This document shows positions 18,568-27,678 of a DNA stretch of 64,000 bases, piece after piece. Below the pieces are notes generated by a model, which worked only from the letters and a program-made list of their open reading frames with translations, searched no databases and was not told the DNA's origin. The position numbers and the translations under genes are program-made. The stretch comes from Pedobacter sp. GTDB taxonomy: Bacteria > Desulfobacterota > Desulfuromonadia > Desulfuromonadales > Syntrophotaleaceae. Every line of letters begins with the position of its first letter. Positions within the stretch are counted from its first letter, which is position 1. The stretch is taken from assembly GCA_050253415.1 (NCBI GenBank), contig JBFWJC010000002.1:96001-160000 (forward strand), given 5' to 3'.

Positions 18568-19431
18568 TCAGGCCACCTCTACCATCAGTGCTAAACACAT
18601 AATTCTTTCCCAATGGTTCACAAAGGGCGCAGCATCAATTGCGGGCTGCAAAATGGTGCTTTTTGCAACCTCAAGCTCCAATGGTATTTGCAACAAAGCT
18701 TGAATTTGCGCTAAATAAGTAACCAGCCTTGGGCCAGCCTCTTTTGAGAACCTTAAGTCTAAATTAAAATCATTAAAGTGTTTTTTTACTCGAAGTTTTT
18801 GGGTATCCTCCCAATGTTCTGGAGGTCTAACGAAGTACTCAATAACCCCAGGTTCACCGCCTGTATCTGCTGTATATCGAGCAAATATCCACTGCTCGTT
18901 GAAATACCGATCGTTATCCAAATATGGTTGAAGTACTTGTTCTGCTTCACTAGTGGCAAAGTTCTCTCCTTTGCCATCCATGTTGCAGTCTCTGCACGAG
19001 GGCACCAAGTTGACCGGCAATACCGAAAATTGTGGGTAGTGCGCTTTGGGCAGGAAATGATCCAAGTTTCGAGGGCGGCCGATACCACCGCAAAAAGGAC
19101 ATTTCTCGTTGGCCGCAGCCATCAAGGCATTATAAATTACGCGGGCAGGTTTATCCTCTTTTACAAAGTAAGTGCTATACAGCTTTAACAGATCCGATTT
19201 CTTTAGCTGCCCAACAACAACTGGGTCATGATCCCGGCCATTAGGAGTCGAAGGTATAGTGTACAGTTCTCCTCTAGAGGCTGACGCGGTATAGCCAACT
19301 GCACTAGCTTGCAAAAGGTGCATGTCGTTATCCACTTTTTGCAGTAATTCGTCATTGCCTGTGATTCCTTGGCGACACATTTCAATTACTTGCTCACTTG
19401 AATAAGCAGGTTGTTTAAGCTTTAACATCAA
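18568..19431 (-). CDS. HNH endonuclease (PtuB-like)
   Basis: CPFCG, LDHFLPK and NLVPSCRDCN motifs; 4-bp overlap with the ATPase gene. Confidence 0.88.
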   Translation of the reverse strand: MMLKLKQPAYSSEQVIEMCRQGITGNDELLQKVDNDMHLLQASAVGYTASASRGELYTIPSTPNGRDHDPVVVGQLKKSDLLKLYSTYFVKEDKPARVIYNALMAAANEKCPFCGGIGRPRNLDHFLPKAHYPQFSVLPVNLVPSCRDCNMDGKGENFATSEAEQVLQPYLDNDRYFNEQWIFARYTADTGGEPGVIEYFVRPPEHWEDTQKLRVKKHFNDFNLDLRFSKEAGPRLVTYLAQIQALLQIPLELEVAKSTILQPAIDAAPFVNHWERIMCLALMVEVA

Positions 19432-20945
19432 CCTGCGCTCCTATCGCGATGCGTTACAAGTGCTTTCAATAACGCACGCGCTTCTAAACCAAGTTGGTTG
19501 TTATATTCGTTCACTATCTGTTGGTATGAGCTTCCTCTCTCGACAGACTTTACCAATAAATCGTGAAAACCTGACTTCACCACTTCAAGCCCAAACACCT
19601 CTCTGGTTAAGACGCCAACATTTTCACCAAATGTCTCGATATCAGGTCTGCGCGGATCAGTGACCATACCAACCAGATTAATTTTCCAGGCACTAGACCT
19701 AGGAACTTCTTGCAGCACAACGGGTGAGTGTGTGGCTATAATTGACACACCATTTCGGTCATGAAGTAGTTCAGATAAAGCGCGAATAAAAGCTGATAGC
19801 AATGGTGGGTGAAGATGACTTTCTGGCTCATCAATAAGAACCAAAGTTTTTTCTTCAACGGTGGCAACTAGTCGAGTGATGGTTAGCAACACCACAGCAT
19901 GACCAGAGCTCATTCTTCTGATCGTTTTGTGCGCTTTTTTCGTTAGCTCCTCGCTGGAGAATTGAGTAAGGCCCTTCAATCCCATGCTTGCAAAATTTTC
20001 ATCTGATTCCAGTGTATCTATCGCTTTTAACCACCTATCGCGCTTAGAAATTTGACTAAAGCAAGATTTTAAAGCCTGGAGAAAGTCCTGGTGTATATCA
20101 TAAAGCCCCTTGAGAGTGTCACCTCCCTTTTTCAGTCCTATATAAAAATAACATGTCCCCAGAGAAGGATCTGGTTGTTCCATGGGAGGTTCAAAAGGGT
20201 CAAAAGCACTAAATGACACAGATACCAAACTACTGAAATAATCGGTATCAATAGGGCTGGCATGACAGCCCTCAACATCATAAAACTTGGCCTCTGACTG
20301 ACCTTTACTAGTGATGGCTTCGATCATCCCATTGAGGAGAGTTGTCTTGCCTACACCATTCCGGCCTATAATTGCATGAATATTAGTGCTCGGCCTTGAT
20401 TCAACCTCCACCTTAAACTTCAATTCGATACCAGAAATTTTATCTTTCCTGGGTCTAACAAACTTGAACTCAAAATTTGTCAGTGGGGGAAGGCAAGCCA
20501 ATACCCTAGAATACTGCCCTTTAATGACAGATAAGCTGACACCTCTCAGCAAGGAGGTTCGAAAAACTTCCTCCTCTTGAGCAAGCTCAATCAACTCAGG
20601 AGTTAAAACGATGTCTTTTAATGCTGTGAGTAATTTATTTCTGAACTGTACTGGCAAAGAAGATATTTTTTTGTAATAGTCAACATCTTGACCCACAGAA
20701 AAATACCCATCAGGCAACTGCTGGAAGGAATTGCTTAGTAATGAGTAAGTTGTTTTTTCTTTTGTTTGACCTTTAAAGCCAATTTTTACATTACCAAGGT
20801 CATGGAGAGACCCCTTATCGTCATGTAATTCTAGGTAAAACATGGTTACAAACGAGAAGTCATTCCAGTGGTCAATGGTTAGATAAGCAGTATTCAACCC
20901 AGACGGAGGAGTTTTTGCATCTCTTGGCAAAATAATAAAGTTCAT
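19428..20945 (-). CDS. ABC/AAA-type ATPase (PtuA-like)
   Basis: Walker A GRNGVGKT, MSSGH signature, Walker B LIDEPESHLHP, ATHSP. Confidence 0.9.
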   Translation of the reverse strand: MNFIILPRDAKTPPSGLNTAYLTIDHWNDFSFVTMFYLELHDDKGSLHDLGNVKIGFKGQTKEKTTYSLLSNSFQQLPDGYFSVGQDVDYYKKISSLPVQFRNKLLTALKDIVLTPELIELAQEEEVFRTSLLRGVSLSVIKGQYSRVLACLPPLTNFEFKFVRPRKDKISGIELKFKVEVESRPSTNIHAIIGRNGVGKTTLLNGMIEAITSKGQSEAKFYDVEGCHASPIDTDYFSSLVSVSFSAFDPFEPPMEQPDPSLGTCYFYIGLKKGGDTLKGLYDIHQDFLQALKSCFSQISKRDRWLKAIDTLESDENFASMGLKGLTQFSSEELTKKAHKTIRRMSSGHAVVLLTITRLVATVEEKTLVLIDEPESHLHPPLLSAFIRALSELLHDRNGVSIIATHSPVVLQEVPRSSAWKINLVGMVTDPRRPDIETFGENVGVLTREVFGLEVVKSGFHDLLVKSVERGSSYQQIVNEYNNQLGLEARALLKALVTHRDRSAG

Positions 20946-20976
20946 TTTTTAACACTACTTATTATCGGTGAATATC

Positions 20977-21079
20977 ACATAAATAATTGGTTTAAGCGGC
21001 AGCCCACCGCAGAACAAACTGGTTGATACTATTAGGGAAGTCCCCCGCTTCTTCTGTCCGCCTGAAATTCTTGTTAGCT
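20977..21079 (-). other. Integron attC site 6
   Basis: Minus strand: AGCTAAC-5nt-ttt[c]aggcgg[a]cag...ctgccgcttaaa..tTTATGT. Confidence 0.82.
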
Positions 21080-21083
21080 TTAC

Positions 21084-22085
21084 TTATTCCCAAGACTCGC
21101 CATTTAATTTGTTTGCTAGGTCCCTCGAATTAGTACATTCACCCACTAAACCATAAAAATACTTTTTTGATTGAAACATGCCCCCACTTGAGACTTTTCT
21201 GAAGTTTGTTTCTGAGCCATTAGACAGAATAAAAACTTGGAGGGGGGTCTTTTCGTTTTCTGCGGTCCTGTGCGCAGATGCGCTGATATGACCAATTGCA
21301 ATCTCTTCCAGTTTTTTATTTGATATATCTTTGTTTTTCCACTTCAACTTGACGTTTGACATATTTACGTCAACTGAAACAACCGCATCTATTTCGTATA
21401 TTTTTGATACGTTTTTATTGGCGTATGGGCCAAAGAACTTGGCTCGCCGATGTCTATAGGCCCCACCTTTGTCTGGGCACATATATGCTCCATTTTTAAC
21501 CTCATGTAGAGTTCCTCTGCAATTTACTACTTCCAAAAGTTTTTTCCATCTAGGCAAGCGTCCACTTCTATCTAAGTAGTTTTCGAACTCTTCAAGGTGG
21601 CTTTTAAAAACATCAGAAGACCGCGCTCCTTTTAAGCATTTCATAAATTCTTCAAAAGAAATAGCCTGTAGAATTATGCCTGACTCCTGCGCCACTGCTC
21701 TATCTTTAGAGAATCTTTCTTCATATTCTTCTGTTTGAAAATTTGATATTAGGAAAAGGATTTTTGTGCCGTTCTCAGAGCTAAGGCCATCAATATGCCT
21801 CTTAATCTGGCTTGAATAAAACCAGTCGGTGAGTTTTGTTTCGAAAAATATGGAAAAAGCCTTTTGGCTAATTGAAAGGTCCGGAATACTTTTTACCTCT
21901 TTATGTTGCTGGGCAAATGTTGGCCCTACCATTAGGTCAACATCACCAGATACCATTGATGTGATGGTTTCTTCGAAACTTGCTGGATTCTCAGAATAGA
22001 GCAACTTAAGAATGAGACCACAGTAATTAGTAAGTGAATTCTCTTTTTGGCGATAATCAGAAAAGAGTGAAATTTCTCGCCCCAT
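21084..22085 (-). CDS. PD-(D/E)XK-like nuclease fold protein (cassette)
   Basis: ENSLTN..IPDLSI..FFETK..QIKRH motif pattern; start set at MGREISLF, inside the cassette boundary. Confidence 0.7.
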   Translation of the reverse strand: MGREISLFSDYRQKENSLTNYCGLILKLLYSENPASFEETITSMVSGDVDLMVGPTFAQQHKEVKSIPDLSISQKAFSIFFETKLTDWFYSSQIKRHIDGLSSENGTKILFLISNFQTEEYEERFSKDRAVAQESGIILQAISFEEFMKCLKGARSSDVFKSHLEEFENYLDRSGRLPRWKKLLEVVNCRGTLHEVKNGAYMCPDKGGAYRHRRAKFFGPYANKNVSKIYEIDAVVSVDVNMSNVKLKWKNKDISNKKLEEIAIGHISASAHRTAENEKTPLQVFILSNGSETNFRKVSSGGMFQSKKYFYGLVGECTNSRDLANKLNGESWE

Positions 22086-22109
22086 TTTTTTCCTTTTAAT
22101 TGTTTTGAA

Positions 22110-22227
22110 CGCTAACTGTTTATGATAACCGGCGGCGACGAACTGCTCGAACACCACCGCAATTTTAGATTTTGTTTCTCAATTTTGCACAGAAGCGTTT
22201 TCCGGCTGGTTGATTATGTTGTTAGGT
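22110..22227 (-). other. Integron attC site 7
   Basis: Minus strand: ACCTAAC..taat[c]aaccagc...gccggttatca..GTTAGCG. Confidence 0.85.
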
Positions 22228-22834
22228 TTTTCATTTTCAAACCAATGTCAGCATCTAAAGTTTTTAGATTTTCAATTATAAATTCAATGTCTTCTATTGT
22301 TTCTTCTACAGAAATTTCAGACGGGTGCAAAGTGACAAAGTCTTTCATTCTTTTGGAGTAAAACTCTTTTGTTTTTGGGTGGACAAGGCTATTTCTTTTG
22401 TCAAATAACTTTCTTGTCCAGTTTAATAATTCGTCATTTTTTTTAAGTTTTACCTCGAGACACATTAATAAGATTAACGACAGTTTTTCTGTAATGCCTA
22501 CACGCTCTAGATTCCTTTTGTAAAATTCACTACCAAGTCTCACTGCGCCGTAGTAATTTATTAAGCCTTCTACAGTCATGCATGCAAACAAAATTGAAGA
22601 TGTTGCGTATCTGTAGGCTTCTTCTCGTAGCCTATCGGTTTTGTAGCAAACAAATGATTCAATATTTTCCTGTCCAATGTCATAATTTTCTTTTCTTATT
22701 TTTTCCTCTTCTTCCGACAGAGTGGCTAATAATTTATTGTATTCATCTTTAAACTTGTACGCGGACTCATAATAAAAACGATGGGAACTTACCCACGCAC
22801 CGTCGGTGGCATAGGGGCGAATGTTTTTTGTCAT
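22214..22834 (-). CDS. HEPN-domain protein (cassette)
   Basis: Helical protein with an upstream Glu helix (TVEGLIN) and an RxxxxH motif (RNSLVH). Confidence 0.7.
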   Translation of the reverse strand: MTKNIRPYATDGAWVSSHRFYYESAYKFKDEYNKLLATLSEEEEKIRKENYDIGQENIESFVCYKTDRLREEAYRYATSSILFACMTVEGLINYYGAVRLGSEFYKRNLERVGITEKLSLILLMCLEVKLKKNDELLNWTRKLFDKRNSLVHPKTKEFYSKRMKDFVTLHPSEISVEETIEDIEFIIENLKTLDADIGLKMKNLTT

Positions 22835-22842
22835 ATTTTAAA

Positions 22843-22946
22843 AGCTAACGTTGTGGTAACCGGCTGCGTCGTGCCGGAACAAATTAGTAGAGACCTTTAC
22901 GGGAGTCGCCCCTGTATCACCAGTCCGGTTGACCTATTGGTTGGGA
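22843..22946 (-). other. Integron attC site 8
   Basis: Minus strand: TCCCAAC-5nt-GGT[C]AACCGG[A]CTG...CAGCCGGTTACC-5nt-GTTAGCT; perfect stem with two canonical extrahelical bases. Confidence 0.92.
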
Positions 22947-23075
22947 ATGGTGTAGGGCTTTGGTCTCATCATCATTCCAGACTCTGGGAATGATTTGAAG
23001 GTGCATGAGAAAACTCAACCCCTGATCATCAAAATATAAGCTTTCTCGCATCTTTCAATGTCGGATATCTTCAAG

Positions 23076-23408
23076 TCACTGAGCTCCTAAACGGACTATG
23101 CCATAATCAACTCCACCACGGGGCGAAGGGGCAAGTTTGACTTCATAAGTAACTTTCTTTCCATTACTATCAATATTCCAGTGCTCAACATATGATGACC
23201 CCTCTTTTCCAACCGTGTTAGCTGAAAGCAATTTGGGGTGAGCGTCTCCTCCTGCTGCTGACTCATATATGCCAATCATCCGCATTACATCAGACTGCAA
23301 TTTTGCATCAGCCACCGTTCCGTGAGATTGTGGGGCTACTGCACAGCCAGCAGCAATGAGTGCAATAAATACAAATGCAATGGGAAGTACTTTAAGAATC
23401 AACCTCAT
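23076..23408 (-). CDS. Small lipoprotein
   Basis: MRLILKVLPIAFVFIALIAAGC signal with lipobox; GGAGG RBS. Confidence 0.75.
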   Translation of the reverse strand: MRLILKVLPIAFVFIALIAAGCAVAPQSHGTVADAKLQSDVMRMIGIYESAAGGDAHPKLLSANTVGKEGSSYVEHWNIDSNGKKVTYEVKLAPSPRGGVDYGIVRLGAQ

Positions 23409-23614
23409 GCCATCCTCCAAGTTAAAGTGTTCATGCCCAACATTGTTGATAAGCGGAAAACTGTCCATCATATTACCCTTATAGAATGGACTATTTTCCA
23501 TTTATTGAATTATTAAAGGGGTAAAAGTGGAAAATATCGCCTTGATTTTTCCACCTGCTGATAAAGCCATGCCTGCATAGTTGCGCCGAGCAAGTTGCCT
23601 TGGTAGTCGGCCAT

Positions 23615-23652
23615 AAAAAAGCCGCCCTCCGGTTCTTCTCCGGTTGGACGGC
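23615..23652 (-). terminator. Intrinsic terminator
   Basis: Minus strand gccgtccaaccgg-agaaga-accggagggcggc followed by T6. Confidence 0.7.
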
Positions 23653-23725
23653 TCTAGTTGACCCCTGCGGTATATCTATTTGTCGGCATGTTCCCTCCTA
23701 AAAGATTCCACATTGACGATTCGCA

Positions 23726-23755
23726 AATGTAACTAATTTAACTATTGCAGGTCAA
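23726..23755 (-). promoter_or_regulatory. Putative sigma70 promoter facing the cassette array
   Basis: TTGACC-18nt-TACATT on the minus strand. Confidence 0.45.
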
Positions 23756-23929
23756 GGATTGAGTATGTCTTTGGAGAAAAAGTGGATTGTACCAGGGCGA
23801 AGCATAATCCGACGCCCAGGCTAATGCTCCAGGCTATGAGAAAAGCCTCCGGTTCAGCGATCGTGGGCTTTTTCTTATGGAAATATAGATACTTATATAA
23901 TTTCAGCACCCTTGGTTTATGCTCAAAGG

Positions 23930-24892
23930 TTACAGCGAAGACTGACGGTGTCTGATGAATGTTACGGCTCTTTCTTCAGACCAGTAACGGCCACCCCGAT
24001 TCATCGCCACAAAACCTACATGCCCGCCGTCTCGGGTGATCTCCAACGTGGTGTTCGGATTGCCTGCACACTCTTTCACCGGGTAACAGCCGCCTTCCAG
24101 GAAGGGGTCATCCAGAGAATTGACGATCAGCGATGGAACCTTGATCTGTTCTAGCCAGGGGAGGCAACTGCATTTCTCCCAATAGTCTTCGGCGCTGTTA
24201 AATCCATGAATGGGGGCCGTATATCTGCCGTCAAAATCCCGGAATGTTTTGAGCTTGTCATAATGATTATCGTCGATGTGTTGCGGGAACTGGACTTGCT
24301 TGGCTTTGACTTTTTCATGCAGCATTTTCAGGAAACGTTTCATGTACAGGGTGTTCGCTCTTCTTTCCAATGCGATGGAAGACGCCGTCAGGTCGCAGGG
24401 GACGGAGAAGGTAATGCTTCCTTTCACCGCCTCGGGTATCGTTTGGGCTTGCTTACCGAGATAAAGAAGGGTCATGTTGCCGCCCATGCTGAAACCGATG
24501 AGAAAGATATTTTTATACGACGACGCGGCATAATCGATGACGGTATGCAGGTCGTCAATAGCGCCGTTGTGGTATAAGCGAAACCGCCGATTCGGTTCTC
24601 CGCTGCACCCGCGATAGTTCCAGGCGAGGGCATCGATGCCTTCCTGGTTCATGGCACGAACCATCCCTTTGACATAGGCTCTGTGGGAATTTCCTTCGAG
24701 GCCGTGGGAAATGATGGCAAGGCTGTTGCTGCCGATGATCGACCAATCGAGGTCGAGAAAGTCCTGGTCGGGGGTTTCCAGGCGCTGACGCTGATAGACC
24801 ACATTGTCCACTTTTCGGAACAGGGTCGGGCAGATGGTGTGAACGTGTCCGTTGCGAAACCATAACGGCGCCCTGTAGTCGGAATTAATCAT
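23930..24892 (-). CDS. YheT family alpha/beta hydrolase
   Basis: HGLEG, GFSMGG nucleophile, DDPF and GGHVGF motifs. Confidence 0.92.
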   Translation of the reverse strand: MINSDYRAPLWFRNGHVHTICPTLFRKVDNVVYQRQRLETPDQDFLDLDWSIIGSNSLAIISHGLEGNSHRAYVKGMVRAMNQEGIDALAWNYRGCSGEPNRRFRLYHNGAIDDLHTVIDYAASSYKNIFLIGFSMGGNMTLLYLGKQAQTIPEAVKGSITFSVPCDLTASSIALERRANTLYMKRFLKMLHEKVKAKQVQFPQHIDDNHYDKLKTFRDFDGRYTAPIHGFNSAEDYWEKCSCLPWLEQIKVPSLIVNSLDDPFLEGGCYPVKECAGNPNTTLEITRDGGHVGFVAMNRGGRYWSEERAVTFIRHRQSSL

Positions 24893-25070
24893 GGCAGAAC
24901 CTGCATTAAGAAAACGGCACCAAGGATGCCGTTTGCATGTTTAAAAGATGGCGATCTTTAAAAAGTCCGACTGGACAATGCATCGAACCCTTTACTTTGA
25001 CGGGCAAAGCGAAGCATGGCTTCCCTGGATAAATGGAAGGATTAATCGGCAACAGCTTAGAGCGGTGTCG

Positions 25071-25292
25071 CTATTGGATGCTGCAGACCTCCGGCCTATA
25101 GGCCAGCAACACGACGTGCAGGTCTTTTTCCAGCTTCTGCACCTTTTCAAGATCTTTTTCGCGAAGCTGTTTCACGGCGTTGCGAGGTTCGAGGGCGAGG
25201 ATGCAGGCCCCCAGTTCTTTTTCCAGGTTACGGATTTTGGCGATGGAAGATTCATCAAGATTGTTTGCGACTTTGTAATTTTCAGTGGCCAT
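25071..25292 (-). CDS. Small hypothetical protein with an internal duplication
   Basis: AGGAG RBS; two similar halves (KIRNLEKELGACILAL / KVQKLEKDLHVVLLAY). Confidence 0.75.
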   Translation of the reverse strand: MATENYKVANNLDESSIAKIRNLEKELGACILALEPRNAVKQLREKDLEKVQKLEKDLHVVLLAYRPEVCSIQ

Positions 25293-25522
25293 GATGCTCT
25301 CCTTTGCTGCGGGAGGTTAAGCATTTTTCAATGCCATGGTTTCAGCTTAATGGCGGGTTCTGCTTTTTGTCAACCGATGCCTATGGCGTCTATTTATTAT
25401 ATCGCTTCGCCGACGTTAATGCGTTTCGCCGGGCGTTTCCTCTCTGAGGTGTCGCCGTTGTCTTGGTAATGTTTGTCGGCAGGATCCTGGCGATTCACCG
25501 ATTCCCTATGCGGCCTTGATAC

Positions 25523-25561
25523 AAAAAAATGGCCTTCCGAATGACGGAAGACCATTTTTTC
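25523..25561. terminator. Bidirectional terminator-like hairpin
   Basis: aaaaaaatggccttccg-aatga-cggaagaccatttttt. Confidence 0.65.
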
Positions 25562-25799
25562 ATTATATCGAAGTCAGAAATTCGGGCGTTGTTTACTGTG
25601 TGTCACCATAGAAAGGTTGAGCCGGTTTACCTATGGCGTCGTAGTGTCAATGCCCTTGTGAGGCTTGACCGTTTGGTAGAAATTGACGAAGCTCAGTAGG
25701 CTGATCTGAGATTTTCCCGAAGCACAAATGCCTCCTGTGGGACCTTTTTCAATCCTACCGTTCCTCAGCCTGGGACAGATAATGTATTGAGGCTAGGGA

Positions 25800-25949
25800 T
25801 TAATACGCTGGTTTGAATTCATGGCCGCAGTAAGGGCATTTTACCGTTGAGCCGGTATCCCCGTTAGCCATGTGGCTTCCGGTTGAGGCGCAACCGGCCA
25901 ATAAAAGAGCCGCAACCAAAATTCCGAACAGGACTTTAAATCGTTTCAT
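25800..25949 (-). CDS. 49 aa lipoprotein with a C-terminal CPYCG motif
   Basis: MKRFKVLFGILVAALLLAGC lipobox; GGAG RBS. Confidence 0.7.
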   Translation of the reverse strand: MKRFKVLFGILVAALLLAGCASTGSHMANGDTGSTVKCPYCGHEFKPAY

Positions 25950-26183
25950 AACCACATCTCCTTCCTCGTTTTCCTGCCGCAGGTAAGAAGTTTCCCGTTT
26001 GCCAGATTGGCAAACCGTCCAGTTACTAATGTTTAGTATAGCCCTTTTTGAATTTTTTTCCAAAAAAAGCCCAACTTACGATGGCTTAGAGCGGTGTTGG
26101 AATGATTGCGATGGCTGTAAGCTTCCGAAATGATTATGATACGTTGCCACAGTTGGTGACCGTTTTGCTGGTCGATAATAAAA

Positions 26184-26218
26184 AATCCCCCTTCCTCAAA
26201 AGTTGAGGAAGGGGGATT
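26184..26218 (-). terminator. Intrinsic terminator downstream of the M23 gene
   Basis: Perfect 16-bp stem aatcccccttcctcaa/ttgaggaagggggatt with an adjacent A run. Confidence 0.8.
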
Positions 26219-26278
26219 GATTTGAACAACACACCTGTTTATGTGGCGTGCGTGGGTATTCTTTTGTGGACACATGGT

Positions 26279-27580
26279 CTACGGCTGGGCCATGACCTGA
26301 TCCCATTTGTCGGAGAAGTTATCTTTGATCCAGTGGCCGTCGAGCCATTCGCGAGGGTTGATCTCGATGCCGGCCAGGATAATGCCGAAGTGCAGGTGAT
26401 CGCCGCCGGCCATGCCGGTAGCGCCGGTGCGGCCGATGATCTGGCCTTTGCTGATCGTATCACCGACGTTGACATCGATGCTGCTCAGGTGGGAGTAAAG
26501 GCTCTGCAGTCCGAGGCCGTGGTCGATAATGACGCATTGGCCGTAGATGCCGAAGTCTTCGGCTAGCACCACGGTGCCGTTGTTGCTGGCCGGTACCGGG
26601 GATGCGGCCAGGGAGGCAAGGTCGAGACCGAGGTGGGTCTGATGATCGACCTTACGACTGTTAAACATGTAATCGCGTTGATCGTTGAATCCCGCCCGGG
26701 GCGCGGCGTTGGGCAGACGCAGGAAGGCTCCTTCCCACAGCGGCCGGTCGGCGGTTTTGGTCGCCAGTTCGTTGAGCCTGGCTACGTTTTTGGCGCGCAG
26801 TTCGCCATTGACCCTCAGGAACAGCTGCAGCGGATCGGTCGTTTCCGGAAAATACTGCTGGAAATCGGGCATTTTATTGTCGAGGAATTGCTGGCTGACA
26901 TTGATCTGGTCGACCCGCGGCGGACGCGGAATGGGATGGTAGTAGAAGCCTCCCGTACGCTGGTTGCCGGCCAGGTCTTCCACCACCACGCGGGGAGTGA
27001 AAGCGCTGCGCTCGGTGGTGTGAGGCCAGGCAAACAGGCAGGCGTAGACGCCGTTATCCTGCAGGTAGGCCGGGAAGAAACGGTCGGCAACCTGGACGCC
27101 GGCATATTGTACCGCCTCGGAAACACGGAACATGGTCAGGCCCGCGCCCCCTTCATAGACGTTGTGGGCGGTGGTCAGAACGGAAATGACGGGCGGTTTG
27201 GTGTCGTATTCCAGCGCAAAGCTCTGCTCCGCGCGATTGGCCAACGTGGCGTAATCGCTGGCGGTCACATTGATTTGCAAGGGGCCGTTTTTAAGGGACA
27301 GTTTTTCCAGGGTAAGGGGGATTTCCTGCTGCTTGATCCCACGCTGCAAGGTCGTGTTGACCAACTCCGTGACCTTGCCATTCTGCGAGACGCTGACGAT
27401 AAGAGTTTTCAGGCCGGCGTTATCGTCCTGCACAGTCAGTACGGGCGGCTTTTTGGCCGAAACGGCGCCACTGGCAGGACTTAGCGTCAACGCGGGGGCA
27501 TGGTTGTCACGCAGGAAAAGATAGCCGACGGCAGCGCCGACAACGAGCAACAACAGGATCATGATGGCATGGTTTTTCAA
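26279..27580 (-). CDS. M23 family metallopeptidase
   Basis: HLGLD, YSHLS and DHLHF motifs; N-terminal TM. Confidence 0.92.
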   Translation of the reverse strand: MKNHAIMILLLLVVGAAVGYLFLRDNHAPALTLSPASGAVSAKKPPVLTVQDDNAGLKTLIVSVSQNGKVTELVNTTLQRGIKQQEIPLTLEKLSLKNGPLQINVTASDYATLANRAEQSFALEYDTKPPVISVLTTAHNVYEGGAGLTMFRVSEAVQYAGVQVADRFFPAYLQDNGVYACLFAWPHTTERSAFTPRVVVEDLAGNQRTGGFYYHPIPRPPRVDQINVSQQFLDNKMPDFQQYFPETTDPLQLFLRVNGELRAKNVARLNELATKTADRPLWEGAFLRLPNAAPRAGFNDQRDYMFNSRKVDHQTHLGLDLASLAASPVPASNNGTVVLAEDFGIYGQCVIIDHGLGLQSLYSHLSSIDVNVGDTISKGQIIGRTGATGMAGGDHLHFGIILAGIEINPREWLDGHWIKDNFSDKWDQVMAQP

Positions 27581-27678
27581 AGTCTTGTACCTCGCAAAAA
27601 ATTTCCTGAATCAGAATAAGTAAAAGAGGCCGTGCCTGCCTCTTTATGAAACGAAATATTTGCTGCTTTAAGCAAAGC

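Noticed and set aside
22086..22157. Longer N-terminus of the 21084 ORF (similarly the extended starts at 11309 and 12296)
   Set aside because: The extension runs through the attC or cassette boundary; downstream ATGs are more plausible.
8600..24000. Integron integrase / attI
   Set aside because: No tyrosine recombinase motifs (R..HxLRH..LGH..Y) in any ORF near the array, and no attI recognised.
25570..26180. Riboswitch (e.g. c-di-GMP) in the intergenic spaces
   Set aside because: No consensus aptamer motifs recognised by eye.
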